DNA of 64,000 nt from Acidobacteriota bacterium (GTDB taxonomy: Bacteria; Acidobacteriota; UBA890; WLXD01): contig CAXWPL010000005.1 in the NCBI GenBank assembly GCA_963666215.2, forward strand, positions 800,001 through 864,000, written 5' to 3'. Both the position numbers and the translations under genes were made by a program. Below the pieces are notes generated by a model, which was not told where the DNA came from, made no database searches, and saw nothing but the letters and a program-made list of their open reading frames with translations. Shown here one piece after another: positions 1 through 9,068 of the stretch. Within the stretch, counting starts at the first letter, position 1, and each line of letters opens with the position of its first letter.

Positions 1-81
1 CCCGTTGTTCTGGGCCTCGCCGCAGCGTACTCTGGCAGGTGGCCTTGAGAACGATCCACAGTTGTTTGGGGGTGAAGAACC

Positions 82-1200
82 TTGAAGACCACCACACAGG
101 CCAACCGTGATCGCATGCCACTCGCTTCGTTGATGTTGGCGATCTTGCTCGCAACCCCACTGATCGCCATCGCGCAAGCGCCTGACGTGAACATCAACAC
201 GGCGCGCGCCGCACTGGCGCAGCGTCAGCCCGACCGCGCCTTGAATCTGCTCGATGGCGTAGTCCTGCAGCAGCCGTTGAACACGATGGCGCACTACTAC
301 CGCGGCATGGCCCTCGGACTGCTCGCGCGCCATGAAGAAGCGCAGCATTCGTTCCTCACCGCCGCGGCGCTCGCCCCGGGCTTCGCCGACGCGCATCGTT
401 ACGCGGCGGTGGCGTCGTACCAGCTCGGCGATACGACACGCGCGTGGGAGCAATCGATCCTCGCGGCCCGCGCCGGCTCCGACATGAACGACGCCTTCTC
501 GCTGCTTCGAGCCACGGGGGACGAGCCCGCCGACCTCGCCACGCGGCTCGACGCGCCCTTGATCTACGTCACCACGCCCGACCTTACCGGCGTCATCCAT
601 GCCCGCAACTGGGGTTTCGAAGACCGCGTCGGCGGAGTGGAGTCGATCGCGACCGGTGTCGGAACGGAATCGCAGGGTGAAGCGATCCTCAACAGCGACA
701 TGCCCTACAACATGGCCTACTCCGAAGAAACCGGCGGCAGCATTACGACAGCGGCGCGAACCAACTACAGCTCGCAGCAAATGCTGCAGGAAAACCAGGG
801 GCGCATCGACGAGGTGCTGCGACAGTTCCGCACCATGATCGCCGCGTCGCAGAAGATCGGCCTCGTGGCCTCCCCCGACCTTGCCCGCTACGAGCTGCAG
901 CTGGTTGTCAACGAGCTGTCGGGTGCGATGGCCGGCAAGCTGGTCGGATGCGATCTCATGCCTACCGGTAGCGGCGGCGGCGGCTTTGGTGACGCGGACG
1001 TCGACACCGATGTCTACAACGCCTACCACCCCAAGAAATTGCGCGGAAAGCTCGTGCTCCGTAACAACGTCACGGGTGAGACGGTTCACGAGATGACGGT
1101 CGATATGCGCGATATCTCGTCGATAGCCGACTTGCAGTTCCGCGTGGCCGGTTATGTGCAACAACTACAGGTATGGGTGTCTGGGCGCACGGGTAACTAG
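82..1200 (+). CDS. Secreted tetratricopeptide-repeat protein with unknown C-terminal domain
   Basis: Signal peptide (LASLMLAILLATPLIAIAQA); TPR-like helices AHYYRGMALGLL..EEAQHSF, AHRYAAVASYQLG. Confidence 0.6.
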   Translation: MKTTTQANRDRMPLASLMLAILLATPLIAIAQAPDVNINTARAALAQRQPDRALNLLDGVVLQQPLNTMAHYYRGMALGLLARHEEAQHSFLTAAALAPGFADAHRYAAVASYQLGDTTRAWEQSILAARAGSDMNDAFSLLRATGDEPADLATRLDAPLIYVTTPDLTGVIHARNWGFEDRVGGVESIATGVGTESQGEAILNSDMPYNMAYSEETGGSITTAARTNYSSQQMLQENQGRIDEVLRQFRTMIAASQKIGLVASPDLARYELQLVVNELSGAMAGKLVGCDLMPTGSGGGGFGDADVDTDVYNAYHPKKLRGKLVLRNNVTGETVHEMTVDMRDISSIADLQFRVAGYVQQLQVWVSGRTGN

Positions 1201-1993
1201 CTGGCCCAACGCGACCATCGCTCTCGAACGCCGCCGTCGGGCCTACTTCTTCGCACTGGCCCTCATAGCGTTTGTCGCTGGCGGCTGTATCGATCTCGCT
1301 ACACGCGGTCGTGACGTTGTCACCGTGTTGGCACCGATCGATGTCGAGGGCGCTCTCGAGACCGCGCTTGACACCTTCCAGGCGGCCGTCTCCGACGTGC
1401 GCCACCGTGGCGTCTACGCGGGGGGTGCCGAGCACGCAAGCCGAGTTGCGAGCGATGAGGCCGCAGCAATCGTCATCACAGGCCACTCGAGCTTGGCTGA
1501 TTTCATCGCCGAGAAACGGGCGGTCATCGAGCGCTTGACCATTGCTGGCGATGACCTCGTTATCGTCGCCAACTCGGGCAGTCAGCTGGCACAGAACACC
1601 GACCCGGGCGTGCTGATGCGGGCTGCTGTCACGAGCGTGGCGATTCCCGACACCGCTGCCGAGCCTGCCGGCATGTATGCCCGTGAAGCGCTGCTGCGCT
1701 TCGGAATCTGGAGTCGCTTGGAGCCACGCGTCTTGGCCGTAACGAGCGTGTCGAAGGCGCTCGAGGCCCTACAGACCGGGGAGGCTCAGGCCGCCATCGT
1801 GCTGGGCTCCGCTCTCGAGAACGCCCAACTGGACCGGCTGACAATCGACCCCTCCTATCATCAGCCCATCCGATTCGAAATTCTCCTGCTCGACAACACC
1901 GAAATCGCCGCTGGCGAGCTCTTTCGCTTCATTTCTGGGCCTCAGGGCCAGTCGGTGTTCCAAGCTGCGGGGTTCGCTCCACCGCCGTCCTAG
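1154..1993 (+). CDS. modA: ModA-like molybdate/tungstate substrate-binding lipoprotein (degenerate); start uncertain
   Basis: Lipobox-like VAGGC; PAGMYAREAL, HQPIRFEI and FISGPQGQSVFQAAGF motifs typical of ModA. Confidence 0.6.
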   Translation: MCNNYRYGCLGARVTSWPNATIALERRRRAYFFALALIAFVAGGCIDLATRGRDVVTVLAPIDVEGALETALDTFQAAVSDVRHRGVYAGGAEHASRVASDEAAAIVITGHSSLADFIAEKRAVIERLTIAGDDLVIVANSGSQLAQNTDPGVLMRAAVTSVAIPDTAAEPAGMYAREALLRFGIWSRLEPRVLAVTSVSKALEALQTGEAQAAIVLGSALENAQLDRLTIDPSYHQPIRFEILLLDNTEIAAGELFRFISGPQGQSVFQAAGFAPPPS

Positions 1994-2077
1994 CCACATC
2001 TCGAGGCCGGCAGCGAGACCTCCAAACGCTGACCCGCGCTCCGCATAGCGACCGAGCGGCGAACCCACCTGTAGAAT

Positions 2078-2117
2078 CCCCGCTTCTCCGTTTCCCCGCG
2101 TCCCCGCGTCCCCGCTC
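2078..2117. repeat. 8-bp tandem repeat (CCCCGCGT-like x5)
   Basis: ccccgctt ctccgttt ccccgcgt ccccgcgt ccccgctc directly after a TAGAAT -10-like hexamer. Confidence 0.6.
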
Positions 2118-2132
2118 AAAGGGCTCGACGGG

Positions 2133-3923
2133 GTGTGGAGTCGCGTACCTTTCCAAGCTCGCACGGCCACGCCGCGGCCCGCTGAAGAGCGTCGAAATGA
2201 TGCCGTCGATGATCCCCTTCAGATTCGTGAGCGCGTCAGGGCCTGTGCGCGGCAACCCGCTGTCGACCCGCGTGTCGTGGCCGGCCACCAACGGGTCGCC
2301 GCAGCTTTGAGCTCCGGACTGTTCGAACGGCTGCGCCTACCACCTACTCTCGTCGTTCTGTACCTGATCGTCGTGGCCGTGGGCGTTTTCCTTCTGCGCG
2401 AGCCCGCCTACCTCGTACCGGTTCTGGCGCTGCAGCTCCTGCTTTGGGCACTGGCACGGCAACCGGCCGGCGACGTCATCCGCCTGTTGCGCAGGCTGCA
2501 GGTGTTCTTCTTCTTCATCCTCGTGTCGTTCATCTTCTTCCCCGACAGCGGCGCCGACCCGGCCTGGGTCCGCCTCCCTCTCGGCCCGATCCCATGGCAA
2601 CCGTGGGTGTCGCTCACTGGGCTCAGGGCCGGCCTGCTGATGTGCCTGCGCATGTACACCGTGGTGTTCACGTCGATGCTGGTTCGGCGAGCAATCCGTG
2701 CCGACGAATTCGTCAGCGGCTTGCGCGGCCTTCTTCTACCCGTGCCGCTGGCGCTGGTTCTGGACACCACGCTGCACATGCTCGAGCCGGAACAGCGACG
2801 TCGAGTCCAAGAAGGCAAGGGCGGCGGCGGCACAGGCGCCGGTCGCGGTGGAGCGCCGGGCGGCGGTGGCGGCGGCCAGGGTGGTGGTGGTGGTGGTGGT
2901 GGCGCGCGCGGAGTCGCTGTGGTGCTGCGCGACGTGCTGCACGGCGATGTTGGCTTCTTCACCGACCGTATCGAGGCGGCACTGCAACGAGCCGGCGGCT
3001 ACGTGCGCGAGCGTCACGTCGATCTCTCCGTTGAACGCGCCCGCGATCTGGGCGTGGTCAGCGGGGTAACCCTCACCATGCTGAGCGTGAAGTGGCTCAA
3101 GATCCTGCCAGGTCTGCCGATCGCGCCCGGGCACAAGGCCGTCCTGTTGCTGCCGCTCTACATCCTGACCGCCGAGCTCACCCACAGCCGTTGGGGAGCA
3201 ACGCTGGTGGGGTCGAGCATGGGCGTGATCGGATTTCTGATGGGCGACGGTCGCTACGGCATCTTCGAGATTCTCAAGCACATCACGCCAGGCCTGATCG
3301 TCGACCTGCTGTTGCCCCTCGTGCGCCTCGGAGCCGGCCGCGAGCCGCACCAGGCGAGCCGCCTGGGGTCGGCCCTACGCTACGGCCTGGTGGGACTGAT
3401 CGCCTCCCTCGGTCGCTTCGCCACGATCGTCGGGGTGGCCTTTCTCATGGGCGCTCCGCAAGCTTTCTACGCGTTGGTGGCTCCTCTGGCGCTGGTGCAC
3501 CTGGGCTTCGGAGCCGCCAGCGGGCTGGTGAGCTACGCGATCATGCAGTCGGTCGGACGCTTGCGTGCCCAGGTCGATGAAGACGCCCGGGCGCAAGAAC
3601 CCTCGATCGCCACCTCGACGAGGACCGTCGAGGAGGCACCCCATCAAGACCGCCTCGGCGGCGGCGGTCGTGACGGTGGTGGCGGTGGCGGTCGTGGCGG
3701 TGGCGGCGGTCGTGGTGGTAGTGCCGGCGGCGGCGGTGGTGATGACAGTGCCAGTGGCGGCGGCGGCGGTGGCGGCGACGGTGGTCGTCGTGAAAGCGGC
3801 GGCGGTGCTGGCGGTGTCAGTAGCGGCGGCGGCGGTGGCGGTAGTGGCGACGGTGGTGGTCGTGAAAGCGGCGGTGGTGCTGGCAGGGTCAGTGGCGACG
3901 GAAACCGCGGAGGCCGCGGCTGA
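2133..3923 (+). CDS. ECF transporter T-component (CbiQ/EcfT-like) fused to an S-component-like domain, with two Gly-rich low-complexity tracts; true start probably downstream
   Basis: N-half has EcfT-like TM pattern (GLLMCLRMYTVVFTSMLV..DEFVSGLRGLLLP..LALVL); C-half has about 6 TM helices with PGH motif; poly-Gly/RGG tracts. Confidence 0.55.
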   Translation: MWSRVPFQARTATPRPAEERRNDAVDDPLQIRERVRACARQPAVDPRVVAGHQRVAAALSSGLFERLRLPPTLVVLYLIVVAVGVFLLREPAYLVPVLALQLLLWALARQPAGDVIRLLRRLQVFFFFILVSFIFFPDSGADPAWVRLPLGPIPWQPWVSLTGLRAGLLMCLRMYTVVFTSMLVRRAIRADEFVSGLRGLLLPVPLALVLDTTLHMLEPEQRRRVQEGKGGGGTGAGRGGAPGGGGGGQGGGGGGGGARGVAVVLRDVLHGDVGFFTDRIEAALQRAGGYVRERHVDLSVERARDLGVVSGVTLTMLSVKWLKILPGLPIAPGHKAVLLLPLYILTAELTHSRWGATLVGSSMGVIGFLMGDGRYGIFEILKHITPGLIVDLLLPLVRLGAGREPHQASRLGSALRYGLVGLIASLGRFATIVGVAFLMGAPQAFYALVAPLALVHLGFGAASGLVSYAIMQSVGRLRAQVDEDARAQEPSIATSTRTVEEAPHQDRLGGGGRDGGGGGGRGGGGGRGGSAGGGGGDDSASGGGGGGGDGGRRESGGGAGGVSSGGGGGGSGDGGGRESGGGAGRVSGDGNRGGRG

Positions 3924-3975
3924 ATAGGCCACGGCCTCCAGCAACGCCGCCAGCGCCGGGCGCCCGCCGCGGCGC

Positions 3976-4773
3976 TCAGTCGGCGCGAATAATCGTGCCG
4001 ACGTGCTCGCCGTTGAGTGCCCGCGTCAGGTTGCCGCGCTCCAGGCCGTTGAAGACGTGGATCGCGCGACAGTGGATCGCCCGCGACAGGTACGTAAACA
4101 CCACGCGCTCGATGATCAGGTCGTCGAGATCGCGCTTCATGAGCTCCGAAACGGTGATCTCGGGAATGAATTCGGCGCCAGGATCTTTCTTGGGATCGGC
4201 GGTGAACAGTCCGCGCTCGTCCTTGGCGAAATAGGCCATATCACAGCCCAACGCCTCCGCCGCCAAGAAGACCCCGGCGTCGGTACGATTCTGTGGAATG
4301 CGCGTCCCGGCCATGGGCTTCTCCCAGTACTCGTGCGGCGGCATGCCACTGATCACCGGAATGCCGCCGATCATGAAGTACAGCGGCAGCTTCTCGAAGT
4401 CCTCGTGCAGGATGAAGATGCCACCGTGCTTGGCGAGCAGCATCTGCAACATGCGCGCGTTCTGCATCGGGACGGCGCCGCCGAGGCGCGCCATCACACC
4501 GGTTGGCAGCTCGAGGTCGAGACCCACCGCGTAGGCGTGTCGGGCTCTGGTGCCACCACCGGCGCCGATCAGGATGTGATGGTCCTTGGCGCACGCGGCA
4601 ATCTCGTCTACGAGCGGATACAACGCGGCTCGACCGCGATCCATCACCGACTGGCCACCCACCTTCACGACTTTGGTGTCCGGCAGGATCCGGTACACCT
4701 CGGTGGGCTCTGAGCTCAATTCGACCGTGCGACCGATCTCGTGCCGTTCGGGCGATTCAGAATTTTCAGACAT
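3976..4773 (-). CDS. mosB: Molybdenum storage protein beta-like subunit (amino-acid kinase/uridylate kinase fold)
   Basis: RILPDTKVVKVGGQSVMDRGRAALYPLVDEI, SGMPP, RTDAG, GNLTRALNGEHVGTII closely match Azotobacter MosB as recalled. Confidence 0.85.
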   Translation of the reverse strand: MSENSESPERHEIGRTVELSSEPTEVYRILPDTKVVKVGGQSVMDRGRAALYPLVDEIAACAKDHHILIGAGGGTRARHAYAVGLDLELPTGVMARLGGAVPMQNARMLQMLLAKHGGIFILHEDFEKLPLYFMIGGIPVISGMPPHEYWEKPMAGTRIPQNRTDAGVFLAAEALGCDMAYFAKDERGLFTADPKKDPGAEFIPEITVSELMKRDLDDLIIERVVFTYLSRAIHCRAIHVFNGLERGNLTRALNGEHVGTIIRAD

Positions 4774-4829
4774 TGTCTCGCTTTCCGGCGACGGGCGATG
4801 CTCGCCACGGGCCTCTCGCCGTCCTGGCC

Positions 4830-5660
4830 TCAGGCCCGAACGATCGTGCCGACGTGCTCTCCATCGAGCGCCCGTGTCAGGTTGCCCGGCGTGAGCCCAT
4901 TGATGATTTGGAAGTCACGGATATTACGGGCGTGCGGCATCAGCTCGAGGACCTTCGGCTCGATCAGGAGCGAGGGATAACCACCTTCGAGCAAATCCTG
5001 AGAAGTCGCCTCAGGTATGAAGCGCGCATCGGGATCGACGTTGGGGTCATTCTCGTAGATCCCATCGACGTCCTTCACGAAGATCAGGCGCTTGACCCCC
5101 AGAACCTCGGCCATCAGATAGAGCCCGACATCGGGTCCGTTCATTGGCAGCCGCCCTTCGCGCGGCGGCTCCTCCCAGAAGTGGTAAGGCGGCATGGAGG
5201 CGACGATTGGCAAGCTGCCAAGCTCGAGGTACAGCGCGATCTCGGAAAATGCGTCGCGCGGCATCCACACGCCACCGTGAGCCGATAGCAGCGCCTGCAA
5301 CATGGCGCCGTTCTGCTCTTCGACCGCGCCAACAATCTGCGCCAGACCGCCCGTCGGCAGCCCGAGATCGATGCCGACCTCCATCGTGTGATCGGCGCGC
5401 CCACCACCAGAGACTCCGACGACCATCTTGTGGTGCTTGTTGCACTCCACAAGCTCGTCACATAGCGGGTACACGGCGGCCTTGCCGCGGTCCATGATCG
5501 AGCCCCCACCAACGCCGACGATGTTGGCCTCGGGCAGCATTCGCACTTCACGATCGGGCTCGCTACGGGCCAGCACACCCTTGTCGACGAGCGATTCGCG
5601 CATCAGCGGCGTCTGCATGTGCGTTCGCCGAATGCCCTTGCCTCGCAGGATCTTGCTCAC
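4830..5660 (-). CDS. mosA: Molybdenum storage protein alpha-like subunit
   Basis: N-terminal HMQTPLMRESLVD (cf. MosA HVISPLARQTLQD), MPPYHFWE, NGLTPGNLTRALDGEHVGT; tandem paralogue of mosB. Confidence 0.8.
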   Translation of the reverse strand: MSKILRGKGIRRTHMQTPLMRESLVDKGVLARSEPDREVRMLPEANIVGVGGGSIMDRGKAAVYPLCDELVECNKHHKMVVGVSGGGRADHTMEVGIDLGLPTGGLAQIVGAVEEQNGAMLQALLSAHGGVWMPRDAFSEIALYLELGSLPIVASMPPYHFWEEPPREGRLPMNGPDVGLYLMAEVLGVKRLIFVKDVDGIYENDPNVDPDARFIPEATSQDLLEGGYPSLLIEPKVLELMPHARNIRDFQIINGLTPGNLTRALDGEHVGTIVRA

Positions 5661-5856
5661 GTAGTCCCTACCATCCGTTGAAGATTTGAAACGCTTGAAG
5701 ATTTGCCTTCCGGGCGCCGCCTCAGGGACGCCGCACGAATCGCGATGGCCATTCCGCTCACTCGAACGGTCGGAGCGCTTTCAGCTTCCGCAGCGCGGTG
5801 AAATCGGCGCTGGCGTATCCTGGGCCGTTGTCGAGAAGTGACAAGCGGAGCGCAGC

Positions 5857-5865
5857 ATCATAGCA
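5857..5865 (-). promoter_or_regulatory. Extended -10 promoter (TGcTATGAT) for mosAB, implying a ~190-nt leader
   Basis: Minus-strand TGCTATGAT about 200 nt upstream of the mosA GTG. Confidence 0.5.
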
Positions 5866-5898
5866 AGACAGCCCCGCAACGGTGCGTCGAGGAATGCC

Positions 5899-7551
5899 AT
5901 GGACATCATGCCCGTCAGTTATCGGTTCCGCCTCAAATCGGCGAGAGTCGCCGTGGTCGTCGCCTGCCTGCTGTTGATCGGCTCGGCCGGCTCGCCGACC
6001 AGCGCGATCGCGCGCCCTTCGCCCGTCCAGACCGGTGATGGCGAAGCCGCTCGCGACGTCGCACGTGCGTGGCGCCAGGCCCACGAATCGGCGATCGTCG
6101 AAGAGCTTCTGGAGTTCCTGGCGATCCCGAACGTCGCTACCGACGCCCCCAACATCCATCGCAACGCGCGCTGGATCGTCGACGCCTTCGCCCGCAGGGG
6201 TGTGGAAATGGAAATCGTCGCGACGCCGGGCGCGCCGTGGGTGTATGGCGAGCTGACCACGCCCGGGGCCACGTCGACTCTGCTGTTCTACGCGCACTAC
6301 GACGGGCAGCCTGCGGACCCCGCGCGCTGGATAGGACACACACCGTGGGAACCAGTGTTCCGCAACGGCAGCCTCGACGACGGGGCCGCCATCGTGCCGA
6401 CCCCCGCGGCGCCAATTCCGCCGGACTGGCGGATCTACGCTCGCTCGGCGTCGGACGACCGCTCCCCCATAGTCATGATGCTGACCGCACTCGATGCGCT
6501 GCGCGACGCAGGAATCTCGCCGCGCGCCAACATCAAGTTTCTCTTCGAGGGCGAGGAGGAGGCGGGCTCGCCCAACGCCAACGACTTCGTGCGGCAGCAT
6601 GCCGAGCGACTACGCGCCGACGCGATGCTCCTCGCCGACGGCCCCAAGCATCCGTCGGGTAAGCCCACGCTCGTCTTCGGAGTGCGTGGCATCACCACGG
6701 TTCAGATCACGGTGTACGGCCCCGCTCGTCCGCTGCACAGCGGCCACTATGGCAACTGGGCCCCGAACCCGGCCATGCGGCTCGCGCACCTGCTAGCGAC
6801 GATGAAAGACCCGGACACCGGCGATGTGCTGGTCAGCGGCTGGAACGACGATCGCGTGCCCCTCAGCCCAGCCGAGCGCAGCGCTCTGGGTGCCGTGCCC
6901 GACGACCCAGCCCAATCGCCGGCGGCCCTCGGCTTTGGAGAGCCCGAGGGCCCGTGGGATCGCCGGGTTGAGGCGATCACCTACAACTCCTTGAACGTTC
7001 GCGGACTGAGTAGCGGCTGGGTGGGCGAGGCTCGCACCATTGTCCCCGACCAGGCGATTGCCGAGATCGACCTGCGCCTCGTCGTCGACACACGGCCCGA
7101 CACGCAGATCAGCCGCCTGATTGACCACATACGAGCACAGGGGTTCCACGTCATCGACGAGGACCCCAACGCGGAGACCCGAGCGCAGTACGCACGCCTG
7201 GCCAAGGTCACGAAGACCGAGTTCGGCTATCCGCCTACGCGAGTGGCCATGGACCTGCCGATTGCACAAAGACTGATCGCGCGTGCTGAGCGCGCCTTCG
7301 GCACCGAGGCGGTCGCAATCCCGACCTCAGGCGGCAGCCTGCCGCTGTACGCGTTCGAAGAGGGGCTGGGAATCCCGACGATTGGCGTGCCGACGGTCAA
7401 CCACGACAACAACCAGCACTCGCCCAACGAGAACGTGCGTATCGGCAATCTTTGGGACGGTATCGAGATGCTGGCAGTGATGCTCACCGCGCAGCAGCGG
7501 TACCGACGTGGATCGCGAGCCCGCGAGCCCGACCGGCTGCCGAGGCGCTGA
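5899..7551 (+). CDS. Secreted M20/M25/M40 family metallopeptidase
   Basis: YAHYDGQP, ARSASDD, EGEEEAGS, HSGHYGN, NQHSPNEN motifs; signal peptide. Confidence 0.9.
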   Translation: MDIMPVSYRFRLKSARVAVVVACLLLIGSAGSPTSAIARPSPVQTGDGEAARDVARAWRQAHESAIVEELLEFLAIPNVATDAPNIHRNARWIVDAFARRGVEMEIVATPGAPWVYGELTTPGATSTLLFYAHYDGQPADPARWIGHTPWEPVFRNGSLDDGAAIVPTPAAPIPPDWRIYARSASDDRSPIVMMLTALDALRDAGISPRANIKFLFEGEEEAGSPNANDFVRQHAERLRADAMLLADGPKHPSGKPTLVFGVRGITTVQITVYGPARPLHSGHYGNWAPNPAMRLAHLLATMKDPDTGDVLVSGWNDDRVPLSPAERSALGAVPDDPAQSPAALGFGEPEGPWDRRVEAITYNSLNVRGLSSGWVGEARTIVPDQAIAEIDLRLVVDTRPDTQISRLIDHIRAQGFHVIDEDPNAETRAQYARLAKVTKTEFGYPPTRVAMDLPIAQRLIARAERAFGTEAVAIPTSGGSLPLYAFEEGLGIPTIGVPTVNHDNNQHSPNENVRIGNLWDGIEMLAVMLTAQQRYRRGSRAREPDRLPRR

Positions 7552-7626
7552 GCCGAGCCGCGTTGCTTGATGCTTGATGGCCTGGAGCCTCCGGATCCGG
7601 CCCGAGCTCACGCGAGCGGTGAGCGA

Positions 7627-8949
7627 CTAGACGGTCGAGTGGCGCCCGTAGGCAGCGTACAGCAGCCCGCCAATCACCAGCGCAACAGCGCCACTGGCGA
7701 GTGAAACGGTATCTGCACCGAACACGATGGCCAGCGAGCCGGCGATGGCCAGCGCCGGTATCGTCATGCCGCCAGGCAGGCGAAACACGTCTTTGGAGGC
7801 GGCGCCAGGACTGCGTCGAAGCACCGGTACCGCCGCGCAGGTCGCCACATAGAAGACGAGTCGGGCCACGGCACTGACTTTGGCCATCTGTTCGAACGAG
7901 CCCGACGCGGCGAGTGCTAACGCTACCGCGGCGTACAGCACAATCGACACGTGCGGCGTGCGGAAACGCGAATGCACCCGGCCGAACATCGGCGGCAGCT
8001 GCCCACGCTCGGCCATGGCATAGGTAACTCGGGGCCCCGCCAGCATGGTGCCCGCGTTCGAACCCAGGATCGAGATCAGCCCGCCGAGAGCGATGAGCAT
8101 TCCGGCTGTGGGCCCCATGAAGCCCGCGGCGGCAGCGGCCAGCGGTGTTTCGGACCCCGCGAAGTTGCTCAGCGTTCCCACCATGACCACCTGCACCGAG
8201 ATGAACACCGCACAGACGACGCCAATTGTCGAGAGCAACGCGCGCGGCACGTCGCGGCGCGGCGACAAGGCCTCCCCGGCGGGCAGCGAAATCAGCTCGT
8301 AGCCGCCGAAGGCAAACATCAGCAGCAGCACCGATTCACCCGTGGCGCGGTCGATGGCAAAGCTCATCCCGCCAAAGCGCGCCGGGTCGATGAAGAACGT
8401 GCCCACGACGATGAACCCCAACAGGGGAACCAACTTCGACACCGTGAACAGGTTGATCGTCCAGGAGCCGTAGCGCACGCCGAGTAGGTTGATCGTGGCG
8501 AATAGCGCGATCGTCGCGGTCACAACCAGCAGGCGCCCGCTCTCGGTGCCGGCCGGAGCCCAGAAGTAGGAGAGATAGCGTGGTACGGCATTGGCGAGCG
8601 CTGCCAGGCTGGCCAGACGGGTCAGCCACATCATCCACGCCACCTCGAAGCCGGCAAGGCCGCCGAACGCTTCGCGGGCGTAAACATACGGCCCGCCCGC
8701 GGTACGGAAGTGTGTGCCGACCTCAGCGAAACAGAGCACGATCAGGGCGTTGACCAACCCTGCGAGCAGGAAAGGCCAGACGCTGGAGGCTTCGCCAACC
8801 AGCGCCGCAACGGAGGCCGGCAGCACGAAGATGCCGCTGCCGATCACCTGGTTGACGCCCACGGCGGTCAGGTCCCATCGGCCGAGCGCGCGCACGAGAC
8901 CTGTCTTCTCGGCAGCCGCTTCGACACTTTTGCGTATGGGGCTTGTCAC
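7627..8949 (-). CDS. APC family amino acid permease
   Basis: IGSGIF, GGPYVY, FAFGGYE motifs; 12-TM pattern. Confidence 0.9.
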   Translation of the reverse strand: MTSPIRKSVEAAAEKTGLVRALGRWDLTAVGVNQVIGSGIFVLPASVAALVGEASSVWPFLLAGLVNALIVLCFAEVGTHFRTAGGPYVYAREAFGGLAGFEVAWMMWLTRLASLAALANAVPRYLSYFWAPAGTESGRLLVVTATIALFATINLLGVRYGSWTINLFTVSKLVPLLGFIVVGTFFIDPARFGGMSFAIDRATGESVLLLMFAFGGYELISLPAGEALSPRRDVPRALLSTIGVVCAVFISVQVVMVGTLSNFAGSETPLAAAAAGFMGPTAGMLIALGGLISILGSNAGTMLAGPRVTYAMAERGQLPPMFGRVHSRFRTPHVSIVLYAAVALALAASGSFEQMAKVSAVARLVFYVATCAAVPVLRRSPGAASKDVFRLPGGMTIPALAIAGSLAIVFGADTVSLASGAVALVIGGLLYAAYGRHSTV

Positions 8950-9068
8950 TGGCCTGCCTTGTGTGCCGAAGGTCGGGGTGGAAGCCGGAAGAGCTCCGGC
9001 CGCGCAGCGTCGCTAATCTCTACAACAAATGCAATCGACGGGCAGCGCGAAGTCAGTCAGGTGTGAGG

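Noticed and set aside
3375-3944. Thr/Ala-rich mucin-like minus-strand ORF
   Set aside because: Reverse reading of the GGY-codon Gly tract
3976-5660. Calling the pair uridylate kinase (pyrH)
   Set aside because: Tandem paralogues with MoSto-specific motifs, not in the tsf-pyrH-frr context
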